Assembly (NCBI GenBank): GCA_002404515.1
Contig: DHJV01000111.1
Location: forward strand, 1-63,442
Direction: 5' to 3'
DNA length: 63,442 nucleotides
DNA from: Lachnospiraceae bacterium UBA4711
GTDB taxonomy: Bacteria; Bacillota; Clostridia; Lachnospirales; Lachnospiraceae
The position numbers and the translations under genes were made by a program. Positions 18,408-28,327 of this stretch are shown in pieces. Numbering within the stretch: the stretch's first letter is position 1; every line of letters starts with the position of its first letter. The notes beneath the pieces are model-generated. The model was given only the letters and a program-made list of their open reading frames with translations. It had not been told where the DNA came from and searched no databases.

Positions 18408-20276
18408 ATGAAGAAAAAGGGATTAAAAAGATTTATCAGCAAATGTCTGGCAGCGTGTCTGACAGTAACGATTATGGCAACTGGTGGGTTTGGAACAATG
18501 GTTTCCAAGGCTGGGCAGAGAGAAGATGTAGTAGCACTTGCAAAATCACAGGTTGGATATCATGAGAAGGCGTCCAATGCAAGTCTGGATGATTACACAG
18601 CCAACAGCGGTTCCGGTAATTACACGAAATATGCAAGAGACCTGGGGGTTAGAAATGGTCAGCCATGGTGTGCATATTTTGTATGGTGGGTGCTTCAGAG
18701 CAGTGGTGTGGATTCAAATGCATATCCAAGAACTGGATGGGTTCCAACGATTGCACAGTGGTTTAAAAATGCAGGATTATATCGGGCATCTGGAGGTTCA
18801 TATATGCCTAATCCAGGAGACATTGTTTTGTTTGGAAGTGATTATAGTCATGTTGGAATGGTTGAATATGTATCACAGGGGTATGTACATTGTATAGAAG
18901 GAAATTCCAGTGATCGTGTACGACAGACATCTTACAATTTGTATACTTCCTCTTATATGAGAGGATTCGGAGCTGTTAACTACAGACCATCTGATTCAAC
19001 AAAACCGACAGTCACAGATGTGAAGGTGACGGAGCAGACAGCAAATACTTATACCGTGCAATGTACTGTTACAGACGATGTAGCAGTTGCAAAGGTACAA
19101 TTCCCGACATGGACAGAAAAAGATGATCAGGATGATATTCGTTGGGATACTGTTACACAGTCCGATAATGGCGTATATACATACACAGTGAATATTGCAG
19201 ATCATGGTAATGAAGAGGGTGTTTATAACACACATATCTATGCATATGATACGAGTGGAAATGTATCTGATTGCCATACCGTACAGGTTACAATGGATAA
19301 GACAGCACCTTCATTTTCTGTAGTAGAGATTCGCGAGATCACAACAGAAGGGTTTAAGCTTCAGTTTGAGGCAAGCGATAATTTGACAGGAGTCCAGCAT
19401 ATTGGATGTCTTGCATATACAAATGGAAATGAATCATCCATTCCGGGAAAATGGTATGAGGATGGAAAGAATTTTGCAACTAATGTCGGTGGCGACAAAT
19501 GGGAATATGAAGTTAAGATTGCGGATCACGACAACACACGGGGCAGCTATGATGTAAAGCTTTTAGCATATGATAAATGTAACAATGTGTGTGAGTATAT
19601 TATCAAAGATATTGTAGTACCAGAGCCTGAAAATGTTGTGAGTGGATCTGTAGCAGGAGATATCGCAAATGATCCAACAATCTCAGAGACACCAGATTAT
19701 AACACAGGTAATGAATGGAATCCGGAGGATGCAACATCCACAGATGGACAGCCGGAGGATACAACGACAGAAGTGCAGGAACCGGCACAGAATGATACAA
19801 CTCCAGACGATACAACAGGAGATACCAATATTGTGATCGATACAAACATTAATGTAGAAAACAATTACACAACGATTACAAATAACTATATTTCCAATAA
19901 CACATACATTCAAAACGGAGTTACTTATACAGCATCAGATATTCCGGTATTAGACAGTGTTTCGGTCGCAGATACTTATATTGCTCCAACATCTACACAG
20001 GTTGGAACAAATCCATCGCAGACAGTGGAGCAGCTTATGGACACCAATCCGGCACAGGCAGTTTCAGGAGCTTTGACACAATATGCAGGAAACTGTGCAC
20101 AGTCTGCACAGGAGAATCCGTCGAACACGACAGAGGAGATTGAAGGAGAACAGGAACAAACAGAACTTGTAAATACATTGTCACAGTTGCAGGCAGAAGC
20201 CGGCGAGAAGACAAGTGTATCATATACAACAACGATTGATGGAAGAAAGGTGACATTTACAATTACCTTGAAATAA
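18408..20276 (+). CDS. Secreted CHAP-domain cell-wall hydrolase with GBS Bsp-like repeats and low-complexity tail
   Basis: Signal peptide; QPWCAYFV (Cys), SHVGMVE (His), IEGNS; 'VQFPTWTEKDDQDDIRW...HGNEEGVYNTHIYAYD'; GGGAGGT RBS. Confidence 0.88.
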   Translation: MKKKGLKRFISKCLAACLTVTIMATGGFGTMVSKAGQREDVVALAKSQVGYHEKASNASLDDYTANSGSGNYTKYARDLGVRNGQPWCAYFVWWVLQSSGVDSNAYPRTGWVPTIAQWFKNAGLYRASGGSYMPNPGDIVLFGSDYSHVGMVEYVSQGYVHCIEGNSSDRVRQTSYNLYTSSYMRGFGAVNYRPSDSTKPTVTDVKVTEQTANTYTVQCTVTDDVAVAKVQFPTWTEKDDQDDIRWDTVTQSDNGVYTYTVNIADHGNEEGVYNTHIYAYDTSGNVSDCHTVQVTMDKTAPSFSVVEIREITTEGFKLQFEASDNLTGVQHIGCLAYTNGNESSIPGKWYEDGKNFATNVGGDKWEYEVKIADHDNTRGSYDVKLLAYDKCNNVCEYIIKDIVVPEPENVVSGSVAGDIANDPTISETPDYNTGNEWNPEDATSTDGQPEDTTTEVQEPAQNDTTPDDTTGDTNIVIDTNINVENNYTTITNNYISNNTYIQNGVTYTASDIPVLDSVSVADTYIAPTSTQVGTNPSQTVEQLMDTNPAQAVSGALTQYAGNCAQSAQENPSNTTEEIEGEQEQTELVNTLSQLQAEAGEKTSVSYTTTIDGRKVTFTITLK

Positions 20277-20286
20277 ATTTCATATT

Positions 20287-20328
20287 ACCACATGGGATTG
20301 TCTGGGTCAGGCAGTCCCATATGGTGGT
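20287..20328 (+). terminator. Stem-loop after the CHAP gene (terminator or processing hairpin)
   Basis: ACCACATGGGATTGTCTG pairs with CAGGCAGTCCCATATGGTGGT, then a short T run. Confidence 0.5.
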
Positions 20329-20356
20329 TTTAGGGAAAGTGAGGAAATCCGGGTGT

Positions 20357-20950
20357 ATGGGAATTATACGATGTGAGAAAGGGTTGCATTTTTACGATAA
20401 TGTGAAATATGACAAATGCCCGTATTGTGAACAGCGGAAGCAGCAGATACAGAAGAATGCAAATATCATGCAGGAGCAGAAAACGGTTGCGGTACAGGCA
20501 GAGAAGCTTTCGGAATTGGAAGAATACATTTGCAGGCAGGAAGAAGAGAAGATAGAAGCCAATGATTATGGAAGGACAATCGGGTATTACTCGCCGGTAC
20601 GGGGAAACGATTATGTGACCGGGTGGCTGGTATGCGTGAAAGGCCTGGAAAAAGGACGAGATTATCGTATTCACCACGGATTCAACAGACTTGGGCGAAG
20701 TATGGATATGGATGTTGTTTTTTCGGAAGACAAAAGCATTTCACGGGATACGCATTGTTCGGTTGTATACGATGGAAAATCTAATCATTTTTATATTGTT
20801 CCGGGAAAAGGAACACTTACATATGTGAATCAGAAATTATTAGATAAACAACAGGTATTACGAAGCGGAGATCGATTATATATAGGAGACAGCATATTTG
20901 AGTTTGTAGCATATTGCAGGGAAGGACATACATGGGAGGAAGAAGAATGA
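20357..20950 (+). CDS. N-terminal Zn-ribbon + FHA protein
   Basis: CEKGLHFYD...CPYC; GWLV...LGRS...ISRDTH; ATG 20357. Confidence 0.88.
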   Translation: MGIIRCEKGLHFYDNVKYDKCPYCEQRKQQIQKNANIMQEQKTVAVQAEKLSELEEYICRQEEEKIEANDYGRTIGYYSPVRGNDYVTGWLVCVKGLEKGRDYRIHHGFNRLGRSMDMDVVFSEDKSISRDTHCSVVYDGKSNHFYIVPGKGTLTYVNQKLLDKQQVLRSGDRLYIGDSIFEFVAYCREGHTWEEEE

Positions 20951-23115
20951 AAAATATATGGAAAAAACTGGTTTTAACTGCATCACTACTGTGCCTGCTT
21001 ATCACTTCGACGATGGAGCTTGGAAGCAGTCGGGGTGTGAAAGCGAAGACGAGTGGAGTAGAGGTGGCTCCGACAACTACTGCTTCACAGGACACTACAC
21101 AACAGGGCATAACGACAGCAGAACAAAAACCGGCGACAACGGAGCAAGAAGTAACAACAACAGAAAAAACAACCATAGAAAAGACCACAGAAGAGGTAAC
21201 CACCGAAAAGAAAACGGAAGAAGTAACTACCGAAAAGACTACGACAGAAAAAAGCACAGAACAGACGACAGAGAAGAAAACAGAAACGACGACACAGGCA
21301 GTGCAGCAGGGAACAGGCAGCACGCAGGAAGTAACCAGTGAGCAGGAAACAACGGAAGCAGATCCATATAAAGACTATACACAGATCCATATGGAAACGG
21401 ATTCAGAAAACCGGGTAGAGCAGGTACAGGGAAATCTTCCTACGATTTGGATGGTATTTTATTATAACGGAAAAAACGGAGCACTTCAGGCAACCGATCC
21501 ACATAACGTCAGCATGCACTTCAATGGAAACGAATGGACGGCATCCGAACTGTCTCAGTGGAAAAAGACTGGATATGGAATCCATTATTATGTGTTATTG
21601 GATACATCAGGATCTGTGAAGGGATATTTCGCAGAACTGATTGATGCAATCAATGGACTGGCTCTGAAGATGGAAGAAGCAGATACACTCACTGTTTATA
21701 CGGTTGGAAATGCGTCCGATACATTAACACCTGTAATTGCAGATGCAACAGCAGATCAGACAGCGGAAATAAAAGAAAAACTGGATGCATTGTCTGCAAA
21801 TGATGAAAGAACCTATTTGAATGATGGTATTGTGAATCTGGTAAAACAGATTCAGACGAAAAATCAGAGTATAGAAGGAGACAGTTTTACCGGCAGAGAT
21901 ATTATTTTTGTGCTGTCGGATGGTGAGAATGATTCGAACACCGGAAAGACAAGTGAAGAAGTGAAAAGTGCATTGAAGGATGCGAATATCCCGGTTTATG
22001 CGTTTATGAACAAAAATGCGCAGGCAACGAATGGGAATGCCTTGGAAGGAATTGCAGCATCAAGCAGTGGCGAAGGTATTTACGTTGAGGACAATGATTT
22101 TTCAAACAGCGTGGAAACGAAAATCAATGAGTTACAGGATGCATGGATTGCAACCTTTACCAATACAGATGCACAGGAGGGCATAGGTTATACGATCGGT
22201 CTGAAACTTATTTTGGAGGATAGTCAGGAAATCTGGAATTATGCAGAAAAGGCGGTTGTATTTAATAAGGCACAGCCGGATTTAGAGCCACCACAGGTCG
22301 TTTCCGTTGTCCGTTCCGGAGATAATAGTATTGATATCAAATTCAGCGAGTTTGTCCTTGAGGCAGATTCCGTGGAGGCGTACAGAATCGTGGAAGACGG
22401 CGTGGCAACGGACAGTTCGTCAAGCGGGGGACAGGCAGCAAAGCTGCAATGTGTCAGCGTGTCGGAGACGGGAGCTCATACAGATTGTACATATCGACTT
22501 ACCATGAATGACACGATTTATAAGGGCGATTATTGTATTTATTTTTCCGGTATAACGGATTTGCAGGGAAATGCGCTTGCGGGCGAATACCATGTGAGTC
22601 TTACAGATGCACCGGAAAAACAGGTGGAAAAGGAAAGCTTTTTCAAGCAATTCTGGTGGATCTTCCTGGTAGTATTTTTAATTATACTGGTTGCAATATT
22701 GCTGGTTGTTTTCCATGTGATTAAGAAAAACAAGGGAATTGTAGTTGTAGATGATAAGGCTGTTTTTGCAGAAAATACAGACGTGAAGCAGCATATTATT
22801 CTGGAGCAGCAAAAAAGTGGACAGCCAATTAGTTTGTATTTGTATTCGAATGGAAAAATGATAAAGAGAGTAGATGCTGGTGTGCAGGGAAGCATTATCA
22901 TTGGACGTTCGGATCTGTGTGACATTTTTATTGATGATGTTATGATGTCCAGACAGCATTTTGCAATCGAATATGATGGTGAGAGTTTTTATATTCAGGA
23001 TCTGGATACAACCAATGGAACTATGTTGAATGGTGTGAAGATGACACATAAACGAAGATTGGAGAAAAACGATCGTATCACGGCAGGATCGTTGGATATC
23101 GTTGTAAGGTGGTAG
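20947..23115 (+). CDS. Signal peptide/Thr-Glu stalk/vWA (MIDAS)/Ig-like/TM/cytoplasmic FHA receptor
   Basis: LLDTSGSV (DxSxS), ERTYL, LSDGE; TM 'FWWIFLVVFLIILVAILLVVF'; FHA IGRS...MSRQH...DLDTTNGT; ATGA overlap with the upstream stop. Confidence 0.88.
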   Translation: MKNIWKKLVLTASLLCLLITSTMELGSSRGVKAKTSGVEVAPTTTASQDTTQQGITTAEQKPATTEQEVTTTEKTTIEKTTEEVTTEKKTEEVTTEKTTTEKSTEQTTEKKTETTTQAVQQGTGSTQEVTSEQETTEADPYKDYTQIHMETDSENRVEQVQGNLPTIWMVFYYNGKNGALQATDPHNVSMHFNGNEWTASELSQWKKTGYGIHYYVLLDTSGSVKGYFAELIDAINGLALKMEEADTLTVYTVGNASDTLTPVIADATADQTAEIKEKLDALSANDERTYLNDGIVNLVKQIQTKNQSIEGDSFTGRDIIFVLSDGENDSNTGKTSEEVKSALKDANIPVYAFMNKNAQATNGNALEGIAASSSGEGIYVEDNDFSNSVETKINELQDAWIATFTNTDAQEGIGYTIGLKLILEDSQEIWNYAEKAVVFNKAQPDLEPPQVVSVVRSGDNSIDIKFSEFVLEADSVEAYRIVEDGVATDSSSSGGQAAKLQCVSVSETGAHTDCTYRLTMNDTIYKGDYCIYFSGITDLQGNALAGEYHVSLTDAPEKQVEKESFFKQFWWIFLVVFLIILVAILLVVFHVIKKNKGIVVVDDKAVFAENTDVKQHIILEQQKSGQPISLYLYSNGKMIKRVDAGVQGSIIIGRSDLCDIFIDDVMMSRQHFAIEYDGESFYIQDLDTTNGTMLNGVKMTHKRRLEKNDRITAGSLDIVVRW

Positions 23116-23120
23116 GAGAT

Positions 23121-24392
23121 ATGACAGATTCAACAGTCGAATTAAAAAGTCAGCTGTGTCTGAATGGAAAATACATAATACAGCATACACTTGGCGTTGG
23201 AGGATTCGGAATTACATATGCGGCGTATGATATGGAGGCAAAACGAAACTGCGCTGTGAAGGAACTGTTTCCACAGGGAATCGTAATGAGAACGATGGAT
23301 GGAATGAACGTAGCGGTTGTATCGTCCGATAAGCAGGAGACGTTTGAGCATAGTAAGGAACGTTTTTTAGAAGAAGCAGAAATCCTTCAAAGTCTGAATC
23401 CAGTCAAGGAAGTAGTTTCGGTATATGACTTTTTCATGGAGAATGGAACGTGCTATTTCGTTATGGAATATCTGGAAGGGGTGACCTTGCGTAAGCTTGT
23501 GAAGATGTCCGGAAATGGCCTTCCATATGATGTTGTGATGGACACAGTGAGGAAGCTGGGACATGCACTGGTTATCGTGCATCAGCATAATTTCTTTCAC
23601 AGAGATATCAGCCCGGACAACATTATCGTGACAGGAAATGGAGAGGTAAAGCTGATTGATTTTGGAAATGCCAAGACGCTTTCACAGGACGCAAATCAGA
23701 AATTATCCGTAGTATTAAAGCCAGGGTTTGCACCGCTGGAACAATATTCATTGCATGGAAAGCAGGGTACATATACCGATGTCTATTCTCTGGCGTGTAC
23801 AATTTATTATATGATGACAGCCAAGAAGATACCGGATGCACTGGATCGTACAAAGGGAAAGACCTATCAGAAATTAAAGGAATTCGGATATCCGGCATTT
23901 GTCTCCGATACGATAGATAAAGCACTTGCGATTAAGTACACAGAACGTATACAGACGGTAAGTACTTTTTTGAAATGTCTGGGGTTGGCAGATGATCAAA
24001 ATATTCCGAAGGATCAGAAGGCATGGCTGACAAAGTATGTGCACAAAGTCCCGGAACCTCAGCCGTCCGCTGCGAAAAGATATATACAGATTCTTCAGGT
24101 AGGAAAAGCAGAAGTAAAATACGATCTTCCGGACAATAAGGGAATCACAATAGGGAGAGTTGCACAGTTTTGCGATATTGCGGTTGAGGGCGATCCGCAT
24201 ATAAGCAAAAAGCATTGTGAAGTGATATATGATGCAAAGGGAAGAAGATTTTTAGTGTTAGATCAGTCATCCAATGGATTATATATTAATGGACAAAAAC
24301 TTCCACATGGTCAGCCGGTAATGATAAAACCAGGGCAACTGATTATGCTTGGCAGTAATAGCAGTGGATTTAAGGTAGGTGAAAAGGTATGA
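23121..24392 (+). CDS. Soluble Ser/Thr kinase with C-terminal FHA domain
   Basis: GVGGFG, AVKE, HRDISPDN, DFG; no TM; FHA IGRV..CDI...ISKKHC...DQSSNG. Confidence 0.92.
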   Translation: MTDSTVELKSQLCLNGKYIIQHTLGVGGFGITYAAYDMEAKRNCAVKELFPQGIVMRTMDGMNVAVVSSDKQETFEHSKERFLEEAEILQSLNPVKEVVSVYDFFMENGTCYFVMEYLEGVTLRKLVKMSGNGLPYDVVMDTVRKLGHALVIVHQHNFFHRDISPDNIIVTGNGEVKLIDFGNAKTLSQDANQKLSVVLKPGFAPLEQYSLHGKQGTYTDVYSLACTIYYMMTAKKIPDALDRTKGKTYQKLKEFGYPAFVSDTIDKALAIKYTERIQTVSTFLKCLGLADDQNIPKDQKAWLTKYVHKVPEPQPSAAKRYIQILQVGKAEVKYDLPDNKGITIGRVAQFCDIAVEGDPHISKKHCEVIYDAKGRRFLVLDQSSNGLYINGQKLPHGQPVMIKPGQLIMLGSNSSGFKVGEKV

Positions 24393-25234
24393 CAGAAGAG
24401 GCTAGAAAGCAGAGAGATGTGACAACCGTCCGTTTTGAGAGAGATGTAGATATTGACAGCTTATTGGAGGCTTCGAATGCGTTGCATATAAATATGGGGA
24501 TATCCAGTATTTTAGGAACGAGGAAAAATCAACAGGATACCGTGTTTGGAGCGGTAGATGGAAATCGTGCGATTGCAGTTGTCTGTGATGGTATGGGAGG
24601 TATGAATGGTGGTGAACTCGCAAGTCAGACAGCGGCAACTATTCTGATTGATGATTATTACAACACGACGATCACAGATATGCGCGAGTTCTTTCAAAAA
24701 GAAGCGAAGAAGATGGATCAGGCAGTCAATAATCTGAAAAATGAAGATGGAAGACCACTGAATGGAGGAACGACTGTCGTTGCGGTTGTGATTGAAAACA
24801 ATCAAATGTATTTTTTGTCGGTAGGAGACAGCAAAATATATATACTGCGTGACAATGAAATCCTTGCAGTAAACCGGGAGCATAATTATCGGTTGAGTCT
24901 GGATGAGAAACTGAAAAAAGGGCAGATTACAAAGGAGCAATATATCGCAGAAGAAGATCAGGCAGAGGCACTGATCAGTTATCTGGGTATGGGAAATGTA
25001 TCCCTGATGGATATTAACAACGAACCATTTATACTGCAGGAAAATGATATTGTTTTGCTTTGCAGTGATGGATTATATAAGCGATTGCCAGATAAGGATA
25101 TCATGCAGATTATTCAGCTTGAGGAACCGGATATGAATCGTGCAGCACGCAGATTGACAGATGTAGTTATGATGCGCACACGAAAAAATCAGGATAATAC
25201 ATCGCTGGTGCTGATGCAATATAGCAGACACTAG
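24389..25234 (+). CDS. PP2C/PPM-family Ser/Thr phosphatase
   Basis: GTRKNQQD, VCDGMGG, GGTT, VGDSK, LCSDG, QDNTS. Confidence 0.95.
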   Translation: MTEEARKQRDVTTVRFERDVDIDSLLEASNALHINMGISSILGTRKNQQDTVFGAVDGNRAIAVVCDGMGGMNGGELASQTAATILIDDYYNTTITDMREFFQKEAKKMDQAVNNLKNEDGRPLNGGTTVVAVVIENNQMYFLSVGDSKIYILRDNEILAVNREHNYRLSLDEKLKKGQITKEQYIAEEDQAEALISYLGMGNVSLMDINNEPFILQENDIVLLCSDGLYKRLPDKDIMQIIQLEEPDMNRAARRLTDVVMMRTRKNQDNTSLVLMQYSRH

Positions 25235-25267
25235 GATGATATCATAAATTATTAGGAGGATAAAAGG

Positions 25268-26014
25268 ATGAATTTAAAGAGATGTAGCAATGGACATTTT
25301 TATGATGTGGATAAGTACGCAACCTGTCCACATTGTGCAGGTGCAAGCGGGGTTGATGACAGTATGGCAAGTACAGTTGCATATGGAGCGTCAGATGCAA
25401 CGGTTGGGTATACGGTTCCTGATAATCAGGGAGCAACGCTTGGTAGTACGGTTGCTTATGATGGAAATGCAGGAAATATGGGAATCTCATTGATGAGTGA
25501 GCAGAGCATTCCTACAACACCAAACAATGGCGCAACAAAAGCAGGAAGTCTGGAGGGCTGGCTGAAGGATCATTCACAGGATACAACTTCTGGCTGGAAT
25601 GCCCCGGATGAGGATGATCAAAAGACACAGAGACATTCTTCTCTGGACAGCAATGTAGAACCGGTTGTTGGCTGGCTGGTTTGCTTGAATGGTGAAGATG
25701 CAGGTAAGAGCTTTACGTTGAAGTCTGGAAGAAACTTTATTGGACGAGGTGCAGACATGGATGTTGTTTTGTCTGGCGACATGAGCGTATCCAGAGAAAA
25801 GCATGCAATCATTTTGTATGAGCCAAAGAAACGTGTATTCCTGGCACAGCCGGGAGAGTCCAAGGAATTGTTCTATGTGAATGATGAAGTTGTATTAAAT
25901 GTTACAAGTCTGAATGCATATGACAAGATTGCAATTGGAAATACCGAATTATATTTTGTTCCGTTCTGCGGAGAGGTATTTGCATGGGAGGACTTGGGTA
26001 AGGTAAATGAGTAG
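25268..26014 (+). CDS. N-terminal Zn-ribbon + Thr-motif linker + FHA protein
   Basis: CSNGHFYD...CPHC; repeated STVAY/ATVGY; GWLV...FIGRG...VSREKH. Confidence 0.9.
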   Translation: MNLKRCSNGHFYDVDKYATCPHCAGASGVDDSMASTVAYGASDATVGYTVPDNQGATLGSTVAYDGNAGNMGISLMSEQSIPTTPNNGATKAGSLEGWLKDHSQDTTSGWNAPDEDDQKTQRHSSLDSNVEPVVGWLVCLNGEDAGKSFTLKSGRNFIGRGADMDVVLSGDMSVSREKHAIILYEPKKRVFLAQPGESKELFYVNDEVVLNVTSLNAYDKIAIGNTELYFVPFCGEVFAWEDLGKVNE

Positions 26015-28301
26015 TGGATTTTATCAGAACCTATGTGTAACTGTATTTGATGGAGAAAGACCCAGCTATGAGGTGCGGCTTGCAAGCGTAGGGAAGGATG
26101 TAATCAGTTTTGGAAGGCAGTCAGATTGTGATATTGTGCTGACTTCGGAGTATGCATCGCGTATCCATGGATGTATTTATATGCAGGATGGAAAATGCTA
26201 TATCGAAGATATGAACAGTACAAACGGGCTGTTATATCATGGAAAACGAGCAAAACGCGTGCATGTGACAGACGGGGATTACATTCGGATTATTGCGCAG
26301 AAAAAGGATGCAGCAAAAGGGGTATTGTTTGTTTTTTCGGTTCAAAAACAGGAACAAAAATGGGTAAAATATGATCTTTCACAACTTGCATCGAAAGAAC
26401 GTATTACCCTGGGACGAGATGAGACGAATGATATCTGTCTGAAACATGTGAGTATTTCGCATAAACATGCGGAAGTGATGAGATACGGATCAGACTTTAT
26501 TCTTCGGGATTTAAACAGCACAAATGGTGTATATGTCAATGGGAAGAAAATACATGATAAAGTAAAGCTCCGGGATAAAGATTTTATTTTGATCTCTCAT
26601 ACGAGAATCATTTATGCAAATGGGACACTTTCCTATGTCTGTGCAAGAAATGGAATTTCTGTACAGGTCAGGAACGTGCAGAAACGTGTTGGAAAACATA
26701 AGGATATTACCATTTGTGATCATGTAAATTTGAGGATTGCGCCGGGAGAACTGGTTGCAATTATTGGTGGTTCCGGTGCCGGGAAATCAACATTGATGAA
26801 TTGTATCAGTGGCTATAGTAAACCGACAGCAGGAGAGGTACTTGTAAATGAAGTTGGACTGTATCAGAATTTCGATATGCTGAAGCATATTATTGGCTAT
26901 GTTCCGCAACAGGATATTGTATACGATAATCTGACGGTATATTCCATGCTATATTATTCTGCAAAACTTCGCTTGCCAAAGGATGTAAAGGACGAGGAAC
27001 TGCATGCAATCGTGGATAAAGTGATTGATACAGTGGAACTGACAGAACGCAAGGACACGTTTGTACGAAATCTTTCTGGTGGACAACGTAAGCGGGCAAG
27101 TATTGCTGTGGAGTTATTGACCGATCCAAAGCTGTTCTTCCTGGATGAACCGGCTTCCGGGCTGGATCCTGGAACGGAGCGGAGTCTGATTCGGACATTG
27201 AAGGGAATGACAGTTTCAGGTAAGACAGTTATTCTGGTTACACACAGTACTTTGAATCTGGATATGTATGACAAAATTGTATTTATGGGAACTGGTGGAA
27301 AATTGTGCTTTAGCGGAACATATCAGGAGGCATTGGCGTTTTTTCAGACAGAAGATATTGTTGATGTGTACGAGATGATCAGTAAACATGCTAGTTTCTG
27401 GCAAAAGCGGTATACTGAAAAGGTGAATGCGCAGAACATGTCTGGGGATAGTTCAAACAGTGAGAAAATTAGAAAATCATCAAAAAAGGGGGTTGTCAGA
27501 CAGTTTGGTGTTTTAAGTGCAAGATATATAAAATTGATGTTAAACGACAGACAACGTATGATATTGCTGTTGTTACAGGCCCCGTTACTGGCATATCTGA
27601 TCACACTTGTCGCAAATGGAAAGGAATTTGAACAGTATGAAGTTACGAAGAGTTTATTGTTTGCGCTTTCCTGTTGTGGTTTCTGGATTGGAATTTTAAG
27701 TTCCATTCAGGAGATTTGTAAAGAACGCAATATTTTGAAGCGGGAATATATGACGGGATTAAATTTGTGCAGTTATATTCTCAGCAAGGTAGTAGTATTG
27801 GGACTTTTATGTCTGATCCAGACATTATTGATCGTGACAACATTTACTGCTTTGTTGAAATATCCCGGGGAGGGAATCTGCATGCCCGCATATCTGGAAT
27901 ATTGTATGACGACATGGGGAACGGCTATGGCAGCGGCTGCTATAGGACTGTTTGTGTCGTCGCTGTTCTCAAATGCGGATCGGGCGATGACCGTGGCTCC
28001 AATTCTTCTTATGCCACAAATTCTGTTTTCTGGAGTCATCTTTAATCTGGAGGATGCTACGGAAGTTGTATCGTATTTGACTGTGTGTCGATGGTCGATG
28101 GAAGGATATGGCTCAACGGCAAATCTGAATGATTTGAAGTTAAAGATGCAGGATCAGGGGTTTGAAATTGTACATAAGGCAGAGGATTTCTTTACACATA
28201 ATCTGCAGCATATACTAACAGTCTGGGGAATCCTGTTATTGTTTATCGTAGGATTTTCTATTGCGTCAGGTCTTGTATTACGAAGACTGAGAAAAGTTTA
28301 G
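26007..28301 (+). CDS. 2xFHA-ABC ATPase-ABC2 permease fusion exporter
   Basis: Two FHA domains; GGSGAGKST, LSGGQ, FFLDE, VTH; about six C-terminal TMs. Architecture as in Mycobacterium Rv1747. Confidence 0.93.
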   Translation: MSSGFYQNLCVTVFDGERPSYEVRLASVGKDVISFGRQSDCDIVLTSEYASRIHGCIYMQDGKCYIEDMNSTNGLLYHGKRAKRVHVTDGDYIRIIAQKKDAAKGVLFVFSVQKQEQKWVKYDLSQLASKERITLGRDETNDICLKHVSISHKHAEVMRYGSDFILRDLNSTNGVYVNGKKIHDKVKLRDKDFILISHTRIIYANGTLSYVCARNGISVQVRNVQKRVGKHKDITICDHVNLRIAPGELVAIIGGSGAGKSTLMNCISGYSKPTAGEVLVNEVGLYQNFDMLKHIIGYVPQQDIVYDNLTVYSMLYYSAKLRLPKDVKDEELHAIVDKVIDTVELTERKDTFVRNLSGGQRKRASIAVELLTDPKLFFLDEPASGLDPGTERSLIRTLKGMTVSGKTVILVTHSTLNLDMYDKIVFMGTGGKLCFSGTYQEALAFFQTEDIVDVYEMISKHASFWQKRYTEKVNAQNMSGDSSNSEKIRKSSKKGVVRQFGVLSARYIKLMLNDRQRMILLLLQAPLLAYLITLVANGKEFEQYEVTKSLLFALSCCGFWIGILSSIQEICKERNILKREYMTGLNLCSYILSKVVVLGLLCLIQTLLIVTTFTALLKYPGEGICMPAYLEYCMTTWGTAMAAAAIGLFVSSLFSNADRAMTVAPILLMPQILFSGVIFNLEDATEVVSYLTVCRWSMEGYGSTANLNDLKLKMQDQGFEIVHKAEDFFTHNLQHILTVWGILLLFIVGFSIASGLVLRRLRKV

Positions 28302-28327
28302 GCAGGAGACACGGAGAGGAGACGAAT

